Of a stretch of 64,000 nucleotides of DNA, positions 43,408-53,882 are shown piece after piece. Source of the DNA: Hyphomicrobiales bacterium (GTDB lineage Bacteria; Pseudomonadota; Alphaproteobacteria; Rhizobiales; Beijerinckiaceae). Location: NCBI GenBank assembly GCA_019247795.1, contig JAFBAK010000164.1, forward strand, positions 178 to 64,177, read 5' to 3'. The stretch's first letter is position 1, and every line of letters starts with the position of its first letter. The notes under the pieces are model-generated. The model saw nothing but the letters and a program-made list of their open reading frames with translations. It was not told the origin of the DNA and made no database searches. Position numbers and translations under genes: made by a program.

Positions 43408-43818
43408 TCAGGCTTCGTCGAGTTCTGAGGACAGAGGCGGCGCGCGCGCAAGGCCCACGCCCGCTAAAACATGGGCTCGCAAGTCGAGGAGCGAGACGAA
43501 GATGCGAACCATGCCGCGCGGACACGGCCAGCGAGCACTGTCGAAGACTGCGTCCCCCACCGTCGTGGCGGCCGCCTGTCCCGAGCAGAGGCCGGGGCAA
43601 GAACAGTGCTTGCCGCGCCTATCGCCCGGGACGCGTTCCGCGCCGCCAATAACGCCGGAATCCGCCCCGCAGATGATCCGCTTTCCGCCTTCCTCGACGA
43701 GCGTCGAAAACCCGGAGGCGAAGCCGCCGAGCATGGCCTGGATGAAGAGCGCATAAATGGAAAGGACGGCAAGTGCCGCCCTCCAGCCGCCCAAACGATG
43801 CCGCAAGAAAAGGGGCAT
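43408..43818 (-). CDS. DUF2946-like Cys-rich protein
   Basis: N-terminal TM, IIC, HCSCPGLC and C-terminal RAPP; lies upstream of PCuAC-SCO. Confidence 0.7.
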   Translation of the reverse strand: MPLFLRHRLGGWRAALAVLSIYALFIQAMLGGFASGFSTLVEEGGKRIICGADSGVIGGAERVPGDRRGKHCSCPGLCSGQAAATTVGDAVFDSARWPCPRGMVRIFVSLLDLRAHVLAGVGLARAPPLSSELDEA

Positions 43819-43906
43819 GAGCCTGACCTGACACCCAGGGCGCGGCCGCGTCAATATGCACGCACTCTTCGTAGCCCTTTCCTCGCAGGTCGAAGCCGGC
43901 TCGGGT

Positions 43907-44398
43907 TTACGATAAATCAGGCCCGCGCTTTGCCTTGATGAGCGCGGCGCCGAGCGCTTTCGCGAGATCGCGCCGCTGCGACGGGGCCAGGAATTCGCCG
44001 ATCGGCACCGTCTGGCGGCCGGCCACGACGCTCAAGCGCAGGGCGCCGAACTCCTCGTCCTCGTCGAGCAGGAGGCGGGCCCAGAGCGGGTTGAACCGCC
44101 ATTCCGATGTCTCGCCTCGGTGCGTGATCTTTCGCAGGAGCAGTTCCACATAGGTCAGCCGTACGCGCTCCTCGGCGCGCGCGCGCCGATAATTCACCTT
44201 GAACGCAATGAAGAGGGCGAGAATGTCGAGACCGTAGAAGCCCGCGACCGGCCAGGCGCCGAATACGATGAAGGGGATGCTCGACACCACCGCGGAGAGG
44301 CAGCACAGCGTCATCACCAGGCGAAACCCTCCTCGTCGCAGCGAGCGATGAGGCGTGAGCGTCGCTTCGAAGACGGTCTCATCCGCAGCGGTGGACAT
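43907..44398 (-). CDS. DUF2244 integral membrane protein
   Basis: LTPHRSL, GAWPVAGFYGLD, FNPLWARL and IGEFLAP motifs. Confidence 0.88.
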   Translation of the reverse strand: MSTAADETVFEATLTPHRSLRRGGFRLVMTLCCLSAVVSSIPFIVFGAWPVAGFYGLDILALFIAFKVNYRRARAEERVRLTYVELLLRKITHRGETSEWRFNPLWARLLLDEDEEFGALRLSVVAGRQTVPIGEFLAPSQRRDLAKALGAALIKAKRGPDLS

Positions 44399-44490
44399 CT
44401 GCGATCGCTGCCTTGCGTGCTACGCCCCCGCCCCTGTTATATCGCGCTCATGCGTGCACAAACAACAGACCGGCTGAAGGCGAGGAAAAT

Positions 44491-45174
44491 GTGAAAGCCG
44501 CTTCGGGCTCCACCCGTCGAAAAGGCCGAAAGAAGCTTTCGCCCGAAGAAGTCGAGACGATCTTTGCGCGCTTCGCGGCGCTCAATCCGGAACCGGCGAC
44601 GGAACTCGTTCACTCGAATTTCTTCACGCTCCTCGTCGCCGTGGTTCTCTCGGCGCAGGCGACGGACGCCGGCGTCAACCGGGCGACAAAGCCCCTGTTC
44701 AAGAAAGTGAAGACGCCGGCCGCCATGGTGGCGCTCGGAGAACCGGCGCTGAGCGAAGCGATCAAGACGATCGGCCTTTATCGCACCAAGGCGAAAAACG
44801 TGATCGCCCTGTCGAAGGCCCTGATCGAGCGACACGCCGGCAAGGTTCCCCGCAACCGCGAAGCCCTCGAGGCCTTGCCCGGCGTCGGGCGAAAGACCGC
44901 GAATGTCGTTTTGAACGTCGCCTTCGGTGAGGAGACGATCGCCGTCGACACGCACATCTTCCGTGTCGCCAATCGCATTCCCCTTGCGCCCGGACGGAAC
45001 CCCTTCGAGGTCGAGCAAGGCCTCGAGCGTGTCGTGCCGCCCCTTTACCGACGTCACGCGCATCACTGGTTGATCCTGCACGGGCGCTACATCTGCGTGG
45101 CGCGCGCGCCCAAATGCCCGATATGCCCGATCGCCGACATCTGCCGCTTCGAGCCGAAAACGAAGGCCGGATAG
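44491..45174 (+). CDS. nth: Endonuclease III
   Basis: LVAVVLSAQATD, HhH LPGVGRKTA, VDTH and 4Fe-4S C-x6-C-x2-C-x5-C motif; GTG start after GAGG. Confidence 0.97.
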   Translation: MKAASGSTRRKGRKKLSPEEVETIFARFAALNPEPATELVHSNFFTLLVAVVLSAQATDAGVNRATKPLFKKVKTPAAMVALGEPALSEAIKTIGLYRTKAKNVIALSKALIERHAGKVPRNREALEALPGVGRKTANVVLNVAFGEETIAVDTHIFRVANRIPLAPGRNPFEVEQGLERVVPPLYRRHAHHWLILHGRYICVARAPKCPICPIADICRFEPKTKAG

Positions 45175-45187
45175 AACCGGTCGAATC

Positions 45188-47485
45188 TCAGGCCATGTCG
45201 GCCATCTCGCGCGATTGCGCCTCGACCACGGCGAGCGCAGTCATGTTGACGATGCCGCGCGGCGTCACCGAGGGCGAGAGAATGTGCGCGGGCTTCGCGG
45301 TACCCATGAGAATGGGCCCGACGGGGAGCGCATCGGCCACGACCTTGATGAGCGAGAAGGCGATATTGGCCGCATCGAGATTCGGCATGATGAGCACGTT
45401 CGCCTCCCCCGCGAAGCGTGCGTTCGGCAGCACCTGGTCGCGGATCGCCTCGGAAAGCGCGGTGTCAGCTTGCATCTCGCCGTCGATCTCGAGATCGGGC
45501 TGGAGCGCGCGCACCAGGGAAAGGGCGCGTCGCATCTTCAGGGATGTGCTCGTATCGGCAGCGCCGAAATCCGAATGAGAGAGGAGCGCGATCTTCGGCG
45601 GCAGGCCGAAGCGACGGACATGAGACGCGCATAAAATCGCCATGTCGGCGATCTCCTCCGCGGTCGGGTCGTGACGCACATGCGTGTCGGCGAGGAAATA
45701 AGCTCCCTTCGACGTGATTACGAGGCTCATCGCGGAGAGGCCGCGTACGCCGGGCGCCAGCCCGACGATGTCGCGGATATGGCGAAGGCGCGAGGGGAAG
45801 CGGCCTTCGAGCCCGCACAGCATCGCATCCGCCTCGCCGCGCTTAAGCGCAAGCGCCGCGATCACGGTCGCGCTGGTGCGCACCAAGGTCCGCGCGGCAT
45901 CGGGAGTGATGCCGGAGCGTCCGGCGAGCCGCACATAATCGGCGACATAATCGCGATAACGCGGATCATCGTCGGGGTTGATCAGCTCGAAATCCTTTCC
46001 CGGCCGCGCCGAAAGTCCGAAGCGCTTCAATCGCGCCTCGACGACGGGCGGACGCCCGATCAAGATGGGCTTTGCCAGATTTTCCTCGAGCACGACCTGA
46101 GTCGCGCGCAGCACGCGTTCATCCTCGCCATCGGCGTAGATCACACGCCGCAGATTCTCCTTCGCACGCTGAAAGAGCGGCTTCATGATGAAGCCCGAGC
46201 GAAACACGAAGCGCGACAAGCGGTCTGTATATGCTTCAAAGTCCTCGATGGGATGGCGCGCGACCTTCGTTGCCATGGCAGCCTTCGCCACCGCGGGCGC
46301 GATCCACAAAATGAGGCGCGGATCGAAGGGGCTCGGGATGAGGGATTGAGGCCCGAAGCTTCGCGCCTCGCCCCCGATCGCGCGGGCCACCACGTCGGAC
46401 GGCGCCATGCGCGCGAGTTCGGCGATGGCGCGCACGGCGGCGAGCTTCATTTCCTCGTTGATGGTGGTCGCCCCCGCATCGAGCGCGCCGCGAAACATGT
46501 AAGGGAAGCACAGCACGTTGTTGACCTGGTTCGGATAATCCGATCGGCCGGTGCAGATCATGGCATCCGGCTTCGCCGCGAGCGCCTCGTCCGGGAGGAT
46601 TTCGGGATAGGGGTTGGCGAGAGCGAGGATGAGCGGCTTTTCGGTCATGGCACGCACCATCTCGGGCTTCAGCACCCCACCTGCCGAAAGGCCAAGGAAG
46701 ATATCCGCGCCCGGGATGACGTCGGCAAGCGTGCGCGCCTTTGTCTTTTGCGCATAGACCGCCTTCCAGCGATCCATGAGCTTTGTGCGGCCCTCATAGA
46801 CCACGCCTTCGATATCGGTGACGAAGATGTTCTCGCGCCTGATGCCGAGCGAGACGAGAAGATTGAGGCAGGCGAGCGCGGCGGCGCCCGCGCCCGAAGC
46901 CACGACCTTGACGGCGTCGAGCTTCTTCCCGGCGATTTCGAGCCCGTTCAGCACCGCCGCCGCCACGATGATCGCCGTGCCGTGCTGATCGTCGTGAAAG
47001 ACCGGGATCTTCATGCGCGCACGCGCCCGCTCCTCGACCTCGAAGCATTCGGGCGCCTTGATGTCTTCGAGATTGATGCCCCCGAACGTGGGCTCGAGGG
47101 ACACGACGATGTCCACGAGCTTGTCGATGTCGGTTTCCGCGACCTCGATGTCGAAACAATCGAGGCCGGCGAATTTCTTGAAGAGTACAGCCTTGCCTTC
47201 CATCACGGGTTTCGCCGCAAGGGGTCCAATCGCGCCAAGGCCGAGCACTGCCGTGCCGTTCGAGAGCACGGCGACGAGGTTCTGCCGCGAGGTCAGGGTC
47301 GACGCCTCGCCGGGCTCGGCCGCGATCAGCTCGCAAGGCGCGGCGACACCCGGCGAATAGGCAAGCGCCAGATCGCGCTGATTGCCGAGCGGCTTCGTCG
47401 CATGGATCTCGAGCTTGCCGGCCCGCGGCAGCCGATGATAAGCGAGCGCGCTCGCGCGCAGATCCTCGGACATCGTCGATGACAT
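45188..47485 (-). CDS. maeB: NADP-dependent malic enzyme with fused phosphotransacetylase-like domain
   Basis: [45 protein letters not shown] motifs and a C-terminal PTA-like domain. Confidence 0.96.
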   Translation of the reverse strand: MSSTMSEDLRASALAYHRLPRAGKLEIHATKPLGNQRDLALAYSPGVAAPCELIAAEPGEASTLTSRQNLVAVLSNGTAVLGLGAIGPLAAKPVMEGKAVLFKKFAGLDCFDIEVAETDIDKLVDIVVSLEPTFGGINLEDIKAPECFEVEERARARMKIPVFHDDQHGTAIIVAAAVLNGLEIAGKKLDAVKVVASGAGAAALACLNLLVSLGIRRENIFVTDIEGVVYEGRTKLMDRWKAVYAQKTKARTLADVIPGADIFLGLSAGGVLKPEMVRAMTEKPLILALANPYPEILPDEALAAKPDAMICTGRSDYPNQVNNVLCFPYMFRGALDAGATTINEEMKLAAVRAIAELARMAPSDVVARAIGGEARSFGPQSLIPSPFDPRLILWIAPAVAKAAMATKVARHPIEDFEAYTDRLSRFVFRSGFIMKPLFQRAKENLRRVIYADGEDERVLRATQVVLEENLAKPILIGRPPVVEARLKRFGLSARPGKDFELINPDDDPRYRDYVADYVRLAGRSGITPDAARTLVRTSATVIAALALKRGEADAMLCGLEGRFPSRLRHIRDIVGLAPGVRGLSAMSLVITSKGAYFLADTHVRHDPTAEEIADMAILCASHVRRFGLPPKIALLSHSDFGAADTSTSLKMRRALSLVRALQPDLEIDGEMQADTALSEAIRDQVLPNARFAGEANVLIMPNLDAANIAFSLIKVVADALPVGPILMGTAKPAHILSPSVTPRGIVNMTALAVVEAQSREMADMA

Positions 47486-47733
47486 GAGCGCTCTTCCTTC
47501 TTTCGCCCCCGCCCACCTTTAACCGACATGTCCGCCCCGGCAAGACGAGCGCCCTAAGCGCGTCGGACATCTTCGCCCAAGTCCGCCGCCCCTTGGCTCC
47601 CATGAGGCCGCCGCTTCACGCTTTCGCGAGCCCGTGGAGGCGGCATCGCCTTTGCGCCCGGGGTTGGCTAGCGTGCTGTCGGTTCGCCGCGTCGCGGCAG
47701 GGCCAAAGCGTTTCAGGCGCAAGGAAACTCCGA

Positions 47734-49497
47734 ATGTTGCGAATGATCTGGAACGTATTCGCGGTGGCGATGGCCGCGAGCTTGGCCTCGCCGGGCCTCA
47801 CCGCCTCGCGGCCCGCCGTCGAAGCGCAACACGGGATGGTCGTGTCCTCGCAACATTACGCGTCGGAGGCGGGCCTTCGCATTCTTCAGCAAGGCGGCAA
47901 TGCGATCGATGCCGCGGTCGCCGTCGGTTACGCGCTCGCAGTCGTCGACCCTTGTTGCGGCAACATCGGCGGGGGCGGGTTCATGGTGCTCCATCTCGCC
48001 GATGGCCGCGAGACCTTCATCAACTTTCGTGAGACCGCGCCGGCCGCTGCCCGCGAGAGCATGTTTCTCGACGCGCAGGGCAACCCCATCAAGGATCTGA
48101 GCCTTTACGGCTATCTCGCGTCGGGCGTGCCAGGCACCGTCATGGGGCTCGACCGGGCTCTTTCCGAATACGGCACGATGGCGCGCAACAAGGTGATGGC
48201 GCCCGCGATCGAGCTCGCGCGCGACGGCTACGTGCTCTCGCGCGCCGATACGGACATCCTCGATGTCGGGGCTCGGCGCTTCGCGAAGGACCCGGTCGCC
48301 GCCGAGATCTTCCTGCGGCCGGACGGCACGCCCTTGCTGCCGGGCGACCTCCACGTTCAAAAGGACCTCGCAGCGACGCTTTCGCTCATTGCCGAAAAAG
48401 GGCCTGACGCCTTTTACAAGGGCCCTGTCGCAGAGGCGGTCGAGAAGGCGAGCCGAGCCAATGGCGGCATTCTCACCGCACAGGATTTCGCGAGCTACAG
48501 GACAACGCAATCGCCTCCCCTCACCTGCACCTATCGTGGCTATCGGCTCGCCTCCGCGCCACCCCCGAGCTCGGGCGGTGCCACGCTTTGCGAGATCCTC
48601 AACATACTCGAAGGCTACGACATGAAAGGGCTCGGATTTCATTCGGCGCAAGCGGTGCATGTGATGGTCGAGGCGATGCGCCACGCCTTCCTCGACCGGA
48701 ACACTTATCTCGCCGATCCGGAATTCGTGAAGAACCCACTCGAGCGCCTGCTCTCGAAGGATTATGCGGGCGCGATCCGCTCCAAGATCGACCCGCTCGC
48801 CGCGACGCCCTCGAGCCAGCTCGGGCCGGGCATCGAGCCCCACGAGAAGTCCGAGACCACGCATTTTTCGGTGGTCGACAAGGACGGCAATGCCGTCTCG
48901 GTCACCTTCACCATAAACGGGGCCTTCGGGGCGAACGTGATCGCGCCCGGGACGGGCTTTTTCCTCAACGACGAGATGGATGACTTCACGGTGAAGCCCG
49001 GCGTGCCGAACCTTTTCGGTCTCGTGCAAGGCTCCGCGAACGCCATCGCGCCCGGCAAGCGACCCCTCTCCTCGATGTCGCCGACGCTCGTTTCCAAGGA
49101 CGGCAAGGTGCTCCTCGTCCTCGGCAGTCCCGGCGGGTCGCGCATCATCACGATCACGGCCGAGACCATCATGAACATCATCGATTATGGCATGGCGCCG
49201 CAAGAAGCCGTCGATGCGCCGCGCATCCATCATCAATGGTTGCCTGACGTCGTGTTCGACGAGGCCTTCGGGCTCTCGCCCGATACGCGCGAACTCCTCG
49301 AGAAGAGAGGCTACAAGGTCGTCGAGCAAATTCCTTGGGGTGCCGCCGAGCTCATCGAGGCCGGCCCGGCTGCATCGCAGATCAAGGGAACGCCGTCATC
49401 GGCAAGCGATTCGGCCCGTTCAGGGCAAGTCCTCCCGGGCTTCCTCTACGGCGCCACCGACGACCGCCGTCCAGCAGGCGCGGCGGTCGGGTATTGA
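47734..49497 (+). CDS. ggt: Gamma-glutamyltransferase (periplasmic)
   Basis: Signal peptide; GGNAIDAAVA, ETTHFSVVD (catalytic Thr), NDEMDDF, PLSSMSPT and GSPGGSRI motifs. Confidence 0.96.
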   Translation: MLRMIWNVFAVAMAASLASPGLTASRPAVEAQHGMVVSSQHYASEAGLRILQQGGNAIDAAVAVGYALAVVDPCCGNIGGGGFMVLHLADGRETFINFRETAPAAARESMFLDAQGNPIKDLSLYGYLASGVPGTVMGLDRALSEYGTMARNKVMAPAIELARDGYVLSRADTDILDVGARRFAKDPVAAEIFLRPDGTPLLPGDLHVQKDLAATLSLIAEKGPDAFYKGPVAEAVEKASRANGGILTAQDFASYRTTQSPPLTCTYRGYRLASAPPPSSGGATLCEILNILEGYDMKGLGFHSAQAVHVMVEAMRHAFLDRNTYLADPEFVKNPLERLLSKDYAGAIRSKIDPLAATPSSQLGPGIEPHEKSETTHFSVVDKDGNAVSVTFTINGAFGANVIAPGTGFFLNDEMDDFTVKPGVPNLFGLVQGSANAIAPGKRPLSSMSPTLVSKDGKVLLVLGSPGGSRIITITAETIMNIIDYGMAPQEAVDAPRIHHQWLPDVVFDEAFGLSPDTRELLEKRGYKVVEQIPWGAAELIEAGPAASQIKGTPSSASDSARSGQVLPGFLYGATDDRRPAGAAVGY

Positions 49498-49638
49498 GAG
49501 GAGCGTTGGCGCGAGGCGCCCGGCTTAGTCCCGTCCTGGGCGAGCTTGGCCCGCGCATCCACGCCCGGCCCACGCGCACACCTTCTCGCATAGGGAAGGA
49601 GAGGGGTGGATACGCGCACCCGCTGCGCGCATGACGGC

Positions 49639-50586
49639 TCAGTAATCCTCGGCTCCGAGAGAACGAAACGTCTCGGCGAGCTGTGCCGAGATCGGCAAAT
49701 TCACGATCTCCCCCGTCGGGGTCGGTTCGACGAACCATTTTCGGTAAATGCTCGAGAGCTTGCGCGTGCGTGCCATGGTTTGGAAAGCGCGGAGCACCGC
49801 CTCCGCCATCAAGGGATCGTCCTTCCGAAACATGATCCCGTAGGGTTCGTAGGTGATGAAATCGCCGACGACTTCCATTCCGGCCTCGGCTCGCTTGGCG
49901 ATGATGAAGCCGTTGAGCAGCACATCGTCGGTCGCGAAGGCGTCGGCCTTGCCTTGCGCCAACATGTCGTAGGATTCTTCGTGATCCTTGGCCGAGATGA
50001 TTTTGATCCCGAGCTTGTATTTCTCGTTGAGAAGCTTGAGCGCCATTTCGTTCGTGGTACCCGAGGTGACGACCAGGGTCTTGCCGTCAAGATCTCGGTA
50101 GGAGCCGATGCCGGAGCCACGCCGCACCATGAGCTTGGTGCCCGCGACGAAGATCACCGGTGAGAAAGCGACGCTTCTTTGCCGTTCGAGATTGTTGGTG
50201 GTCGAGCCGCATTCGAGATCGACCGCGCCCGAGCGTACCGCATCCATGCGGGTGTCCGCAGTCACGGGCGCATAGGCCACACGCAGCGGGGCGCCGCTGA
50301 GCTCGCGCCTCAGCTCATCGACAATGCCGAGGCATAGATCGATGGAATAGCCGAGAGGCTCGGGTGATGGCGGCCTCGCATAGGAGAAGGGAAAGGAGGC
50401 TTGGCGATAGCCGATCGTGACGACGCCGCTGTCGTGTATCTTTTGCAATGTGCCGGAGAGAATGGCCGGTGTGTTCTCCTCGCTCGCCACGGGGGGCGCC
50501 GTCGTGTCGGCTCCGATCAAATCCTCGGCAAATATCGGCCCGCTCGCGAAAGCCAACACAGCGGCGGCAAGTGCGAACCTCTTCAT
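49639..50586 (-). CDS. Amino acid ABC-type substrate-binding protein, Glu/Asp (GltI-like)
   Basis: Signal peptide; GYRQASFPFSY, VDLECGSTTNNLER, VVTSGTTNE, AFATDDVLL and EPYGIMFRK motifs. Confidence 0.9.
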   Translation of the reverse strand: MKRFALAAAVLAFASGPIFAEDLIGADTTAPPVASEENTPAILSGTLQKIHDSGVVTIGYRQASFPFSYARPPSPEPLGYSIDLCLGIVDELRRELSGAPLRVAYAPVTADTRMDAVRSGAVDLECGSTTNNLERQRSVAFSPVIFVAGTKLMVRRGSGIGSYRDLDGKTLVVTSGTTNEMALKLLNEKYKLGIKIISAKDHEESYDMLAQGKADAFATDDVLLNGFIIAKRAEAGMEVVGDFITYEPYGIMFRKDDPLMAEAVLRAFQTMARTRKLSSIYRKWFVEPTPTGEIVNLPISAQLAETFRSLGAEDY

Positions 50587-50750
50587 GCACGTGCCTCCTC
50601 TACTGGCCCGCGTTCCGAAGGTGAGCCCAACCGACGAAGTGGGTTCCGAGAAGCTCGCTCGCCTTCGCGGGCATGAGCGCGTCTTCCAAACTCCGCTCGT
50701 TTCCGTCGAGGCGGGGAACCCTCATCTCCGATCAGCTATCGACCAAGACC

Positions 50751-52016
50751 TCAGGCGCTCACTGCAACCGGAACCGCGGTCTCCGGCAGCTCGTCTTTGG
50801 CTTCGCCGAGATCGCCCTCGAACTTCGCGACGGCTGCCGCCGCAAGCGAATTGCCGATCACATTCGTCGCGCTTCGTCCCATGTCCAGGAATTGATCGAT
50901 GCCCAGGATCAAGAAAAGGCCGGCCTCCGGGATGCCGAACTGCTTGAGGGTCGCGAGGATCACCACGAGCGAGGCGCGCGGCACGCCCGCGACGCCCTTC
51001 GAGGTGATCATCAGTACGGCCGCCATGAGCAGTTGCGTCCCCACGGGTATGCTCATCCCATAGGCTTGCGCGATGAACAGCGTCGCGAAGGTCGTGTAAG
51101 CCATCGTCCCGTCGAGGTTGAAGGAATAGCCGAGCGGCAGTACGAAGCTCGCGATCCGCCTCGAGACACCGAAGCGCTGGAGCTGATCGAGAATCTTCGG
51201 ATAGGAGGCTTCCGAGCTTGCTGTCGAGAAGGCGAGCAGGAACGGCTCATACATCCGCCTCACGAGATCGAACATGCGCGATCCGAGCGTCAGATAGCCG
51301 ACCGCGATGAGGACGACCCACAAGATGAGCAAGGTGAGATAGAAGCCGCCGAGAAACTTGGCGAAATTCAGAAGGATCATCGGGCCTGATTTGGTGATCA
51401 CCGACGCGACCGACGCGCAAACCGCGACGGGCGCCATCCGCATTACATAACCCGTGATCGTCAGCATCATATGCGCAACGCCGTCGGCGAGCTCGAGCAA
51501 GGGCTTGCCCCGTTCGCCAAGCGCCATGAGCGCCACACCGGCGAAGATCGAGAACACGACGATCTGCAGGATCTCCCCGTCCGCGAGAGATTTGAAGATC
51601 GAGGTCGGCACGAGGTGGTCGACAAACCCTTCAATGCTGAAGGCCTGCGTCGTCAGGTTGGAGCTGTTCGCCCCCTGGTCGACAACGGCTCCGACGCCCG
51701 GGGCAAGCAAATCGACCATGAAGAGGCCGAGAAGCAGCGAAAAGATCGACGCGCAGACGAACCAAGCCATCGTCTTCGCACCGACGCGGCCGACGGTCGC
51801 CGCATCGCCCATGTGACCGATGCCGACCACGAGAGTGGAAAGCACGAGCGGCCCGATGATCATCTTGATGAGCTTCAGGAAAATGGTGCTCACGAGCGAC
51901 ATGTATTTCGCGACTTCGGCCGCGGTCGCTTTGTCCGGAAAGGAATAATAGGACGCCGTGCCAAGCACGATGCCGAGCACCAAGCCCGCCATCACATAGT
52001 AGAAATTGCGGTTCAC
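50751..52016 (-). CDS. Dicarboxylate/amino acid:cation symporter (DAACS; GltP/DctA family)
   Basis: FLKLIKMII, AFSTASSEA, LPLGYSFNLDGT, SKGVAGVP and DMGRSATN motifs. Confidence 0.94.
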   Translation of the reverse strand: MNRNFYYVMAGLVLGIVLGTASYYSFPDKATAAEVAKYMSLVSTIFLKLIKMIIGPLVLSTLVVGIGHMGDAATVGRVGAKTMAWFVCASIFSLLLGLFMVDLLAPGVGAVVDQGANSSNLTTQAFSIEGFVDHLVPTSIFKSLADGEILQIVVFSIFAGVALMALGERGKPLLELADGVAHMMLTITGYVMRMAPVAVCASVASVITKSGPMILLNFAKFLGGFYLTLLILWVVLIAVGYLTLGSRMFDLVRRMYEPFLLAFSTASSEASYPKILDQLQRFGVSRRIASFVLPLGYSFNLDGTMAYTTFATLFIAQAYGMSIPVGTQLLMAAVLMITSKGVAGVPRASLVVILATLKQFGIPEAGLFLILGIDQFLDMGRSATNVIGNSLAAAAVAKFEGDLGEAKDELPETAVPVAVSA

Positions 52017-52194
52017 TCTCCCCTCCTTGGCGCGTTCGACATCGCCCGATCAGCCCGATTTTTCGCCGTTCGGGGAGGGGATCCGGTGCCGAGATGAGGC
52101 TGGAACTCCCCTCGAGCCTGCAGGCGACCGAATCGAGCTTCCTTGTATTCGCCCGCTCGTGTCAACAGGGCGATGCCGAAAGGTCCCCGGAGAT

Positions 52195-52854
52195 TTACGC
52201 CGTTGCGCCGGCAGCGGTCCGCTCAGCGACGACGAGCCATTGTTTGGCAAGGAGCGCCTCGAGCTTTCCTCCGCTCGCACGGCTCAGGAGAAATCGAGCG
52301 TCGGGAAAAAAGAAAGGGTGCGCGTTGACGGCTGCCACGAACGCCAGGCCGCCGCAGGTCGCGAGCTCGATCGCCGTGTCGCGCACGAAGAATCGCAGAT
52401 GCGTCCGGTCGAGAGCTCCCGCGTCCCGGTAGTGGAAATCCCCTTTCGCGGCGAGCCGCCAAAGGAGCTTCCAATTGCGGATATTCGGGACGCTGACGAT
52501 CAATCGGCCTCGTGGCGCGAGGAGCGGAGACAAGCGCCGCACCATCGTCCATGGATCGGCAAGGTGCTCGAGGATGTCGAGGCAAAGCACGAGATCGAGC
52601 GAGGACGGCGCCATCTCATCCTCGAAGCACACCGTCGCGGCGTCCCCGACGAAAAGCTTCTCGCAATGAGCGCGGGCCTCCTCGGCCGCTGCGGCATCGA
52701 GCTCGACCCCGCCGGCCCAGGTGACTGCCCTCTCCTTCCTGACGAGCGCAATCGTCGAGCCGGTGCCGCAGCCGAGGTCAAGAAGACGGGCGACGTTTTC
52801 CGGCAAAAACGGCAGGATCTCGCGTCGCGCCGTCGCGAAATAGCGGCGCGTCAT
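52195..52854 (-). CDS. Class I SAM-dependent methyltransferase
   Basis: LLDLGCGTG, LDILEHLADP and LDRTHLRFF motifs. Confidence 0.9.
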   Translation of the reverse strand: MTRRYFATARREILPFLPENVARLLDLGCGTGSTIALVRKERAVTWAGGVELDAAAAEEARAHCEKLFVGDAATVCFEDEMAPSSLDLVLCLDILEHLADPWTMVRRLSPLLAPRGRLIVSVPNIRNWKLLWRLAAKGDFHYRDAGALDRTHLRFFVRDTAIELATCGGLAFVAAVNAHPFFFPDARFLLSRASGGKLEALLAKQWLVVAERTAAGATA

Positions 52855-53789
52855 GAGAGACCCTCATGGGAAAGCGCACGCCTGCCGGTGAGCCAGGCGA
52901 AGGCACCCGCCGCCGAGCCGCCATAACGCTCCCGCAGTTGCCCACGAAACGCGATCGCCGCGACACTCCATTTCAGCGCGTTCACGAGGAGAATTCCCCA
53001 GCAAGGGTTTCGCAAAGCGTATTTGCGCGCCACATAGCCGGCCGACCAGGCGCGATGCCAGCGCGCCTTGTAGACGCTCCCGGGCCGCATCTGGCTCGAG
53101 CCGCCGCGCAGATGCGCCGCCTGGGCTGCGTGCACGTGAACGAGCGAGCGCCCCGTCTCGCACACACGCCGGCAAAGATCGTCATCCTCGTAAAAAAGGA
53201 AGATTTCTTCGTCGAAACCCCCGAGCGACAAGACGAGTTCGCGATCGGCGAGGAGACAAGCGCCCGAGAGGAAAGGCGTGCAACAATCACCTTCGGGCTC
53301 GCAAGGCAACCCGGCCTCATTCGCGAGATAGGGCGAGAGCATCGAGCGCGGCTGGAAGAACAAGCGCCCATCGGGCTCGACAAGGCGCGGCGCCAGGAGC
53401 CCCGCATCGGGGTAGCGCGTCATCGCCTCGCTCAACGCGTCGAGGCTGCCCGGCGCGAGCACGAGATCGGGATTGAGAAGAAGACAGGTCGAATGGCGCG
53501 CCGCGCGCATTCCGATGTTCATGGCCCGGCCATAGCCTTGGTTCACCGCGTTGCGGATGACGCGCGCGCCCGCCCCTTCCGCAATCGCCGCGGAGGCATC
53601 GGTGCTGGCGTTGTCGACGACGATCGTCGCGAGGCCTTCGCGCGCCAGTGCCGCGAGACAGGATGGTAGGACCGCCGCGCTATCGCGCACGACGACGATG
53701 GCGACGATGCCGGTCGCGAGCGCCCCACCGCGCGCCGGCGCACCGGCCGCGATCTCAGGCCCCGTGAACGTGACGCGTAAGGGTGGCAT
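52851..53789 (-). CDS. Glycosyltransferase family 2
   Basis: VVDNASTD, NQGYGRAMN, LLLNPD, GACLL, FDEEIFLFYEDDDLC and HLRGGS motifs. Confidence 0.92.
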   Translation of the reverse strand: MPPLRVTFTGPEIAAGAPARGGALATGIVAIVVVRDSAAVLPSCLAALAREGLATIVVDNASTDASAAIAEGAGARVIRNAVNQGYGRAMNIGMRAARHSTCLLLNPDLVLAPGSLDALSEAMTRYPDAGLLAPRLVEPDGRLFFQPRSMLSPYLANEAGLPCEPEGDCCTPFLSGACLLADRELVLSLGGFDEEIFLFYEDDDLCRRVCETGRSLVHVHAAQAAHLRGGSSQMRPGSVYKARWHRAWSAGYVARKYALRNPCWGILLVNALKWSVAAIAFRGQLRERYGGSAAGAFAWLTGRRALSHEGLS

Positions 53790-53882
53790 CGACGAGGCCG
53801 TTCTCCATTTTGCCTGCCGCTTTCTCTCGCTTGGCGGTCCTTCCGACGTCGCGATCCTACCGCTGCCTTGCGCCCCGAAGCG

